A stretch of DNA of 63,599 nt, counting the filler, from Octopus bimaculoides (Eukaryota), in the NCBI RefSeq assembly GCF_001194135.2. It is 4 parts of 4 records of this genome, joined end to end, with 100 filler letters (N's around TTAATTAATTAA, not from the genome) between each part and the next. Parts side by side here need not be neighbours in the genome. Positions count along the whole stretch, not along the records: positions 23,960 to 55,440 come from NC_068990.1; positions 55,541 to 60,527 come from NC_068984.1; positions 60,628 to 63,599 come from NW_026317558.1; 1 more part is not named here. One strand, written 5' to 3'. Below the pieces are notes generated by a model. That model saw only the letters and a program-made list of their open reading frames with translations, was not told the DNA's origin and ran no database searches. Made by a program: the position numbers and the translations under genes. This document shows positions 53,233 through 63,599 of this stretch, in pieces (position 1 is the first letter of the stretch; each line of letters opens with the position of its first letter).

Positions 53233-53692
53233 CGAAATACCGGGCTCTTCTTCCAATGGCAATTCATCGATATCAGTCGCTCCTGAGTGGGATTTAGGGT
53301 GGAGTGGTCTACCGGCGAACAAGCAAATCAAATACATTGAGTATGTGTGTTCGATACAAAACACTAGCACTGCTTCTAATTCATTTTCGTATATATTTTT
53401 ATGTTTGCTGCATCGTGACATACGAGCAAATGGATTTTACACTATTCATATATAATCATGGATTGATGATCCAGTTCGTCTCTGATTCGAATCAGGTACG
53501 TGATATTGATAAGCCGCAAAAATAGCGAAACACCTATGTTCATCGCTCCTAAATAGCATCTGGGGCGAAGTCTCTCGCCTGTCTATGACTTTCATTTGTT
53601 TTAACAGCCGGCGCTTTAAAACAGTACTCCACACCATGTACAACCGCAGCCCACTGGCAAACAATCTTGGTGCATGGACTGAATATGCGTAG
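53233..53692 (+). other. Tentative 3' end of an unidentified gene (exons 53233-53340, 53475-53495, 53608-53692)
   Basis: GT-AG introns, all phase 2, a long pyrimidine tract at 53181-53220 and a continuous frame ending ...RRFKTVLHTMYNRSPLANNLGAWTEYA*. No recognised homology; an alternative minus-strand exon is also possible. Confidence 0.25.
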
Positions 53693-54129
53693 TCATTAAC
53701 GAGTTTATGACAGTGTTAACACGAAGTAATCAGAATTTAGGAAGTAATGCAAATACTCAAGCATTGTCGTTACACAATAATATAAAAAAGGGATAGCTAA
53801 TCATTTAAATTCTAAAAGGTATATAATCACACGCTGAATTTCACCGACGTTATCCTCAGAATGCACAGTTACCGGACAGTCTCTTCTGTTAGTACTTTTC
53901 CAAAGATGACTGGGCAAAACACGGAGGAAGTCAGAATTTTGGATAATTCTTTATTAGTGCCTTCGTTCATTTAACCGAACTCTTCAAGACAAATATTAAG
54001 ACCAAAGCATCATTTTGGTTTTACGTTTTGTTTTGAAGAATTCGGTTGAATGAACAAAAGCGTTAATAAAGAATTATCCAAAATTCTGCCTGCCTCGTTT
54101 TCTCAACATACTTATATACACAATATATT

Positions 54130-54192
<63 letters not shown>

Positions 54193-55146
54193 NNNNNNNN
54201 NNNNNNNNNNNNNNNNNNNNNNNNNNNNNNNNNNNNNNNNNNNNNNNNNNNNNNNNNNNNNNNNNNNNNNNNNNNNNNNNNNNNNNNNNNNNNNNNNNNN
54301 NNNNNNNNNNNNNNNNNNNNNNNNNNNNNNNNNNNNNNNNNNNNNNNNNNNNNNNNNNNNNNNNNNNNNNNNNNNNNNNNNNNNNNNNNNNNNNNNNNNN
54401 NNNNNNNNNNNNNNNNNNNNNNNNNNNNNNNNNNNNNNNNNNNNNNNNNNNNNNNNNNNNNNNNNNNNNNNNNNNNNNNNNNNNNNNNNNNNNNNNNNNN
54501 NNNNNNNNNNNNNNNNNNNNNNNNNNNNNNNNNNNNNNNNNNNNNNNNNNNNNNNNNNNNNNNNNNNNNNNNNNNNNNNNNNNNNNNNNNNNNNNNNNNN
54601 NNNNNNNNNNNNNNNNNNNNNNNNNNNNNNNNNNNNNNNNNNNATATACACACGTACACACACACACGTACACACACACACGCACACATACACACATACA
54701 TACACATATATATATATGTACATACATATCTGTCTAAGTATGTATTTGATAACTTTTCTCAGTAAAGAAACCCTTCTTGTTAAGGGCTGTGAGGCTTTAT
54801 GTTCTGCTACCACATATCTCGGGCTTCAAAATCATTTAGAACGGAAATAGTTGTGAGCAAATAAATGTGAACACATAATCGGCATTCAATTATATACATG
54901 TATTGATATTGAGTTTTGCATTGAATTTGATTTTGTTGAATGAATCCAAAGCTGACGGCGTGAAATAGGTCAGCCCATCTTACCGCATGGCTTAATTGTT
55001 CCGCGCATTGATAGTAACACGAGGGTTTTATAACTCGTCCTGCAATGGCTAGGCACAATTGCGAAATGGACACGTACGTACACACACACATACATACATC
55101 CATACATAAATACATACATACATGCATACGAACATGCATGCATACA

Positions 55147-55177
<31 letters not shown>

Positions 55178-55276
55178 CTCGCATGAGTTTTTGAAATATA
55201 GCTTGAAACCAATATCACAGAGGTTGAAGAAAAGACAAACAGGAAAACAAGAAAATTATTAAGTTTGAAAAGTTGT

Positions 55277-55326
<50 letters not shown>

Positions 55327-55551
55327 TATGTGAGTGTGTGTGTGTGTATAAACTTACTTGAAAATGGCTGCGTGGCGTTCGATCAATTAATAATGTAAGT
55401 AATATAGTGCTCCGTCATCACCACACCCTTGTTCTGTGTCNNNNNNNNNNNNNNNNNNNNNNNNNNNNNNNNNNNNNNNNNNNNTTAATTAATTAANNNN
55501 NNNNNNNNNNNNNNNNNNNNNNNNNNNNNNNNNNNNNNNNATATATATATT

Positions 55552-55586
<35 letters not shown>

Positions 55587-55897
55587 ATATATATATATGG
55601 ATATATATTAAGAAAAAGGAGGTTGTCTGAATTTTGGATAATTCTTTATTTAACACTTTCATCCATTCATGAGGACTTTTCAAAATAAATATTATAGAAA
55701 GTTTCTTAGTTTCTATACAAATGTGTGTGTGTGTGTGTGTGTGTATGTGCATGTGCATATATACTTATATGTGTATATAAGTATATGTACGGAGTAACGC
55801 ACACACGCGCACACGCACATGCGCACATATACACACTAACACAAATACACACACATATGGCCGCATCCGATGACTGAAGCATGTAAAATATGTATGA

Positions 55898-56210
55898 CTA
55901 GCAGTATAGCCCAGCTTTGCCCGGGATTAAGTTAGGGTTATTTAGCTAATCAAGTCCTTTATTTCAAACCAAACTAAATAAGACGGACGTCAAATTTGTG
56001 CAGAATCAGTGTCGTGATGGCAGCGCATGGGTTGGGAGTTTGATCGGCAGAGGTGATCAGGTTACACATTCCAGCACTTTGAAACACCACCCCTATCATC
56101 TAACCCCTCTTTGCCCATGGGTTGGGAACCCTTCCAGCAAGGAAAATAGAATGCCCAAAAGGGCTCCCTATTCTCTGTGTCAGAAGCGGTCATGTTCAGA
56201 TCAAAACTAA
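55898..56210 (-). mobile_element. Non-autonomous Helitron-like 3' end
   Basis: The minus strand ends CCCGGGCAAAGCTGGGCTATACTGCTAG|T (GC-rich hairpin + CTAG). The inner boundary is approximate. Confidence 0.6.
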
Positions 56211-56945
56211 GTCTTAAGTATATGCGTATATATATATATATATATATATATNNNNNNNNNNNNNNNNNNNNNNNNNNNNNNNNNNNNNNNNNNNNNNNNN
56301 NNNNNNNNNNNNNNNNNNNNNNNNNNNNNNNNNNNNNNNNNNNNNNNNNNNNNNNNNNNNNNNNNNNNNNNNNNNNNNNNNNNNNNNNNNNNNNNNNNNN
56401 NNNNNNNNNNNNNNNNNNNNNNNNNNNNNNNNNNNNNNNNNNNNNNNNNNNNNNNNNNNNNNNNNNNNNNNNNNNNNNNNNNNNNNNNNNNNNNNNNNNN
56501 NNNNNNNNNNNNNNNNNNNNNNNNNNNNNNNNNTATATAAATAAAACACTTTTTTCCTTGATTAAAAAATTTTTTTTAAATGTCTCAACAAAAACCTTCT
56601 CGTCGCTAGAAGGGGACTTAACTTCTGTTGTAAACAATGGTGGATTTCTCCGATTTCAAAATTGTTAAAAGTTTTGCTTGAAAACTTATTTTTATTGCTA
56701 TTCGCTGGATCCTCTGTGAAAAATAAGTCGACAAAAATCCAGCTAGGGTCACGACGAATATCCTCCTAAAATTGGAGCGACATGCGTGCTAATTTGTGGA
56801 CGTACATAAATTACATTCACGTACGCGCGCGCGCACAGACACGGACGCGCGCGCGCACACACACACACACGCACACACACATCTTGCCTTTTATATATAC
56901 AAATAATATAATATAATGTCATATAACATATATATCTGTAACTAC

Positions 56946-56994
<49 letters not shown>

Positions 56995-57949
56995 GGATAG
57001 ACGGTAGACGTGTCGGCTCCGTAAGTTTTGCCTTTTTTATGTTTTAAAAAGTTTGTTTGTAAAGTTTATTTTATATAGAAAGTTGTATAACAATTTATAG
57101 ACTCTCTGGTGCAAGTTTTTTGCAACAGAAATCTGCCCTTTGTGGCACATTTCCAGGTTTTAAAAATCCATTTCAGCTTTCTAGCCATTTTTATTTTGAG
57201 ACGATGGTGTCTTCTAGCCATGAAAAATTTCGTCAAACGAACGCTGAATTTTGCAGTGTTTCGTTCGAAAAAGAATTTCCTAGTCTTCCTTCCTCACAGT
57301 TAAACGAGAGAATGGAGAAAAAGAAAAAAGAATTCACACACACAGATGCAAGTGTTAACTTGAAAGTTAACACCGCCACCACTACCACCAACAACAAAAA
57401 CAAAACTAACCAAAGTTACAAAACAGAACACAGACGATGTCTCCAAAGTATCTGACGTCAACACCAATTCTGCTGACGCAATCATCACCACCACCACCAA
57501 CAACAACGACAACAACAACAACAACAACAACAACAACAGCAGCAGCAGCAACAGTTCAACTCAACCTTTGCTCTCTTCACCAGCAGCAACAACAGCAGCA
57601 GCAGCAACGAAAACNNNNNNNNNNNNNNNNNNNNNNNNNNNNNNNNNNNNNNNNNNNNNNNNNNNNNNNNNNNNNNNNNNNNNNNNNNNNNNNNNNNNNN
57701 NNNNNNNNNNNNNNNNNNNNNNNNNNNNNNNNNNNNNNNNNNNNNNNNNNNNNNNNNNNNNNNNNNNNNNNNNNNNNNNNNNNNNNNNNNNNNNNNNNNN
57801 NNNNNNNNNNNNNNNNNNNNNNNNNNNNNNNNNNNNNNNNNNNNNNNNNNNNNNNNNNNNNNNNNNNNNNNNNNNNNNNNNNNNNNNNNNNNNNNNNNNN
57901 NNNNNNNNNNNNNNNNNNNNNNNNNNNNNNNNNNNNNNNNNNNNNNNNN

Positions 57950-58727
57950 TTATTACAGATTTGCACAGGTACAGGTGATTTTTCGAAATGAAGAGTTGGC
58001 GAAGAGGTATTCAACGCTAACTCTTCATACACCTGAAATAACAATGTTACCCAGTTACCTTGGCCAAAAGGTAACAAAGGTAACAATAAAGCACGCACCT
58101 CCAACAATAGACACACTATGGTTGATATCAGCCATATGTGTCGACATGGACAACATAAACATACTTAAAATAAACGTTGGAGAAAGCAACTGGACGGGAA
58201 AAAACATACAAATCTTGTTCCACACAAACGAACAACAAATAAAAAAAATCCCACCATACTTCCGTTTGGCAATAAATCAAAAGTTACATATAGTGGTAGA
58301 GGGCAGGCGGCCTCGCTGTTGCTTATGCGACAGCGAGGCACAGCTCAAAAAGGAGTGTCCGACTGCCCGAAAAACACAACAACAAGAAGAACTAACTAAA
58401 CACATAAAAAAAGCCTTGCTGCTCACACCACCATCCACACAAAAAACAACAAAAGCAACATTAACAACATCAACGAAAGAAAATACAACAAAAACTGCAA
58501 AATTAACAAACAAAGAAGACGAAAAAGAAAAGACAATACAAAAACTGATACCCCTTCCTCCATATCACTTACACCGCAATCAAAAATTCAACAACCAACA
58601 ACAACAAAGGCAACATCACAACCACTTACACAAGCAAACACAGATCCATACAACATGCCCCTACCTCCTTCCGATTCCTCAGAGTTTTCATCTGAAGACG
58701 AGTCAAGTAATGAGGAATGGAAAATAG
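57950..58727 (+). pseudogene. LINE ORF1 (gag-like, zinc knuckle) fragment, Tx1/L1-like
   Basis: LHIVVEGRRPRCCLCDSEAQLKKECP is a CX2CX4HX4C knuckle with H>Q, followed by a low-complexity K/T tail. Bounded by N gaps. Confidence 0.7.
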
Positions 58728-59434
58728 CCCAAAAAGGAAGGAGGAAGAGGACCAAAAAAAGAAAAAGGAACAACAACAAAGCAGGGAGATTCACATCTCC
58801 CGAAAACACTCCCAACTCCTACATGATAGACACCCATAGTAACACACCAAAAACAATGCTAACAGCAATAGACACTACAAACACAGAGTTGATGAAATAC
58901 ATCAACTCTAAAACAAACATCAGAAATAACGACATCAAAACAAACAACCACCCACGCACAACACCGCCAAAACACATTAAAATTTATCATGTAACACCAG
59001 CATTACACCACAAAATAAAATCCCTCTACCCCAACGCGGTAGGGGGAGTCAAAAATNNNNNNNNNNNNNNNNNNNNNNNNNNNNNNNNNNNNNNNNNNNN
59101 NNNNNNNNNNNNNNNNNNNNNNNNNNNNNNNNNNNNNNNNNNNNNNNNNNNNNNNNNNNNNNNNNNNNNNNNNNNNNNNNNNNNNNNNNNNNNNNNNNNN
59201 NNNNNNNNNNNNNNNNNNNNNNNNNNNNNNNNNNNNNNNNNNNNNNNNNNNNNNNNNNNNNNNNNNNNNNNNNNNNNNNNNNNNNNNNNNNNNNNNNNNN
59301 NNNNNNNNNNNNNNNNNNNNNNNNNNNNNNNNNNNNNNNNNNNNNNNNNNNNNNNNNNNNNNNNNNNNNNNNNNNNNNNNNNNNNNNNNNNNNNNNNNNN
59401 NNNNNNNNNNNNNNNNNNNNNNNNNNNNNNNNNN

Positions 59435-60527
59435 CCCTAAAGTCCATGTTTGGCGGACAGTTTAACATTTATTTTTCTCCCTGTCTGCAGAGGATGGGCG
59501 GTAGTGGCACGGCGGTTCTTTTTTGCAAGAGTCTGGATCTCCAAGTAAAGACGATATTTACGGACCCGGAGGGTAGACTGGTTGTCCTAGATGTGGACGG
59601 CAGCGATGGAGGCGCTTTTCGGTTGCTGGCAGTTTATGTGCCTCCTTTAACAGGTCGGTCGGACTTCTTTCGACGTCTAGAAGTATTCCTGGGAACGTCT
59701 CGTCCCTTACTTTTAGTGGGGGATTGGAATGCTACCTTGGACACGCATCTAGACTACATGGGGAGTGACAAAACTAGAAGGGGATGCAAATGCCTCAGAT
59801 ACTTGCTCAGACGCTTCCAGTTGTCTGACAGGTACCGACTCGACCACCCAAATGTGCCAACGTGGACTTGGAGCAACCGCATTGGGTCGTCGAGATCGTA
59901 TCTAGATAGGATAGTGTGTAAGACAAGAGATAGAGATAGTTTAGGATGTCCACAGTTCCACATAGTCAGCTACACGGATCACAAACTTGTGACGTGTACG
60001 CTAGACTTAGATAAGGCACATAGGCAGGGTCCCAGTTACTGGAAACTAAACGCGTCTTTCCCGTCGAGATAGGTTTTCAGAGACCGGATTAGCACGTTAG
60101 TAAAGAGGGCTTTGACGGGCGCCATAGTCAACAACAAGTGGTGGTTTGCTCTCAAGAGAGCACTAAGGGCGGAAACAATAAGGTATAGCAGGGCACTAGC
60201 TGTAGAGAGGAACAGAGTAGAGGGGGAGTTAGTGATAAAGCTAGAAGAGGCATTGCGAAGTGGCATCGCATCTGACGTTTTAGCGGCGAGGTTGGCCCTC
60301 GACCAACACTTCAATGCTAAACACGAAGGGTGTGCTGTCAGGGCAAGGATGCGTGCTCTGAGGAATGAAGGTGTTGGAGCCGCGTGAGAGGCCCGGGTGG
60401 CGGAGGTGCAGCGGGGTAACAGAGCCACCATCCGGTCTCTGGTAGACGAACAGGCGCGCGAATTGCTCGAGCCGAGCAAGATGTGCGAGACGTTTCAGCG
60501 GCATTTTGCCCGAATGTTCGGGAGGAG
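59435..60527 (+). pseudogene. Tx1/L1-clade LINE ORF2 fragment (APE endonuclease + linker)
   Basis: EGRLVVLDV, LLAVYVP, LVGDWNA, TWTWSN, SYLDRI, YTDH and YWKLN motifs, then a frameshift and a stop. The RT part is lost in the gap. Confidence 0.9.
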
Positions 60528-60627
60528 NNNNNNNNNNNNNNNNNNNNNNNNNNNNNNNNNNNNNNNNNNNNTTAATTAATTAANNNNNNNNNNNNNNNNN
60601 NNNNNNNNNNNNNNNNNNNNNNNNNNN

Positions 60628-61000
60628 CTTTTCCCCTTTTAGCTATGTTCCTCAGCTGATGTAATTTTTTGATACCTAGATTCCACCCCCACCCCCAAGT
60701 TTGAGGTGTCAGTTTTCCTTCTGCATGCAACTAAGTTCCTTCTCACCAATATCACACTTTCCAATTAATCCATTACCATTTTATTTGGAACACCCTCTCA
60801 CATATACCATCGATAGTCCACCCCCTGATGGATTTCTCCCTTTCCTGCTCTGATACATGGCCGTCTGTCACACTTTCAATACCTAGCAAAATTCTAACAT
60901 TCTCAATCCTGCACACCCAATCTCTCAAGATGTCTTGTTGAAGGAGTTATTATGTGACATCACTACTGCCAGTGTTACTGAAGAGCATCTTGTTAATTGG
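60628..61000 (-). mobile_element. Degenerate LINE endonuclease fragment (RTE-like)
   Basis: Only a weak GHV-type APE remnant; many stops. Confidence 0.35.
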
Positions 61001-61329
61001 TTGGCATTAGGAAGGTTAGCCAGTCATAGAAACCATGCCAAAGCAAAAAGCCTCACTCAAATAATCCTCTAGCCTACTGAATCCTGTAAAACCATGCACC
61101 TCATGCAAGCATGGGAGAGAGATGATAAATGATAAAGATGATGATGATGAGGAGGAGAAGGATATACACTCACATGTGTGTATGTGTGTATGTATGTAGA
61201 CATATATCCACACACACATACATATATACACACATATATATATACACACAAATGTGTATATAAAAGACAAAGTCTCACATACATATATGTATATATTCTT
61301 TATGTATATATCTATATACACATGCATAA

Positions 61330-61520
61330 ATCATATACAATATGTATTTCATATGCCAGTGGCACGCAAAAGGCATCCATTACACTCTCAGAGTGGTTGT
61401 TGTTAGGAAGGTCATCCAGGTGTAGAAACTTTGCAGCCTTCTGGTTTGCCAGTCCTCAGTCAAACCCTCCAGCCTATGCCAGCATGGAAAGCAGACATTA
61501 AATGATGACAAAAATGATGA
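61330..61520 (+). mobile_element. Retroposon 3' end with (GAT)n tail (RTE-related SINE/LINE tail)
   Basis: GGAAGGTCATCCAGGTGTAGAAAC...GCCAGCATGGAAAGCAGACATTAAATGATGA. A similar degenerate copy lies at ~61010-61150. Confidence 0.55.
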
Positions 61521-61627
61521 TAATTTATGTCTAGATGTATGTATATGTATGTATGTATATATACATAGATATCCATTATATATAGTATGCATTCCATGTA
61601 TGTGTGTGGATGTACTTCTATGCATGC

Positions 61628-61718
<91 letters not shown>

Positions 61719-62689
61719 TGTATAGGTATATATGTGTGTTTGCTATGCAATGATAAGCAGAGTTACTGATTGCCTGTTATTGATTAATCTGCCTTGTTTT
61801 ATCAAGCCAAAACTGCCTGATCACCTGCTGATCATTTACAATGTAAATTTGTTGCATGACATCAGAATGCATATTGTATAATTATAGGTAATATTTACTT
61901 CATAATGATCATAATCATTTTGCTATTCTTTGAGATTATATGATAATAGAAGTAGGCTGGTTCTCCCTTGGTTTCTGCTTTTTATTTTCCATTGAACTGT
62001 CATATAATTCCGCAGCCATCTCGACACTCCCAGTCTTTATCTACATACAGATTTCTTTTTCAGTAAATCATTTTGTGGTTATAACAAAAAGCATGCATAA
62101 TATGAATAGTAATACTTCTCTTATTCTGTTTTACCTGATTGAGACATTTGACTGTGGCCATGCTAGAGCACTGCCTTGAGGGGTTTTAGTTGAACAAATC
62201 AACCTCAGGACTTATATTTTAAAGCCTGACACTTATTCCATCAGTCATTTATGCTGAACTGCTAAATTACAAGGACATAAACACGCTAATACCAGTTCTC
62301 AAGCAGTGATGGCGAGGCGGGGGGAGGGGCAAACAGACATAAAGACTCGTACATGAGACTATGATTCATGATTTCAAAGGAGTGAAGAGGATAAGTTGAA
62401 GTAACAAATAACTAATATGCTTCATCTATCATTTGGTTCAGTCATTTGACTGTCATCATGCTGGGGCACAACGTTGTGGTGTTTTAGTCACACAAATCGA
62501 TACCTGGATTTAGTTTTTAGGCCTGGTACTCATTCTGTTGGTTTCTTTTTGCCAACCACACTATGTTATGAAGCTTTAAACTGCCACCAGTTGTTAAGTG
62601 GTGGTGGGGAACAAAGACAAAACACGCACACACACACACACACATACTAGGCTTCGTTCTGTTTCCATCTATCAGATCCACTTACAAGA

Positions 62690-62806
62690 TTTTGGTCAAC
62701 ATGAGGCTGTAATAGAAGACACTTGCCCAAGGAGCCACAGGGTGTGACTGAACCTGGAACCATGTGGTTGGGAAACAAGCTTCTTACCATATGACCATGC
62801 CTGTGC
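62690..62806 (-). mobile_element. SINE head (family of 718-1127), inverted
   Basis: The reverse complement reads GGCACAGGCATGGTCATATGGTAAGAAGCTTGTTTCCCAACCACATGGTTCCAGGTTCAGTC. Confidence 0.75.
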
Positions 62807-63599
62807 CTATATGTTTATAACCATATTAAACCTTTAGCATTTAAACCAGCTAAGAGGAATAATTAAAAATGGCAAGTTTTTGAATATTTGAATAGTTTCA
62901 AAGAGCACAAGTATAGTTGTGAGATTCCAGATTTTCCTTAGCAACCATGTGGTTTGGAGTTTAACCTCACTATGCAAAACTTTGGGTAAGTGTTATCTAT
63001 TACAAATCTAAGCTGACCAAAACTTATGAGTGAATTTGATAAATGGAAACTGTGTGAAACCTAACTGCAGATACATATACGTGTGTATATGTCTTGTGTT
63101 ACTCCCCAAACATTGTTTGACATGTGGAGTTGGTTTCTTTACGTCACCATAACCTAGCAGTTCAGATGTCTGGAATAAGTATCAGGCTTACAAAGATATA
63201 TAAATTCTGTGAGCAATTTCTCCAAAGTGGTATGTCAGGATGGCTGCTATCCACTGACTGAAACAAGTAAAAGATAAAAAAACAAGACACAAATCAAAAA
63301 CGAAAGATGGACCTACTTTATCGCATCAATACTGCTTAAGTCTCTCTAAGAGATTTAAAAATGTATTATATCTAATTTTTGTAACCAGTGAATGTGTTTC
63401 ACTGAAAAAGTATATCTTTGCAGGAGGTTCACAGACTTTTTCTACCAGTTAGTCATGCTACTTCAGGCTGATAACAAGGAAAGACTCAGAAACATGTCCC
63501 TGAATGCAGGCTAGGCTGTGTGAAGGAGTTTGTCTCCCCCTCGCAAAAGAAGGACACAGGAAATGTGTCAAGGCTGACAGGAAGCGGTCCAGCTTCCTA

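Overview
AT-rich, microsatellite- and gap-rich eukaryotic genomic DNA. It is very likely a coleoid cephalopod (Octopus-like), inferred from the tRNA-derived SINE families and repeat landscape rather than proven. Only one host gene is well supported, and the ORF track misses half of it: a two-coding-exon (+ strand) secreted cystine-knot protein at 6758-6907 and 13356-13580 (124 aa). By hand alignment to human Norrin (NDP, recalled from memory) it is about 50% identical across the mature domain, keeps all 11 cysteines and has its phase-0 intron at the same position. It therefore looks like a genuine invertebrate Norrin orthologue, the main discovery candidate. The rest is transposon debris: a full-length decayed mariner, a deleted rosa/maT-like element, a Tc1, Helitron remnants, a Penelope-like element with inverted termini and a hammerhead-ribozyme-like motif, R4/Dong, RTE, L2/CR1 and Tx1/L1 LINE fragments, SINEs and several fold-back MITEs. 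There are also simple repeats, assembly artefacts and one weak candidate exon cluster near 53.2-53.7 kb. Most long ORFs in the track are microsatellite or N-gap artefacts.
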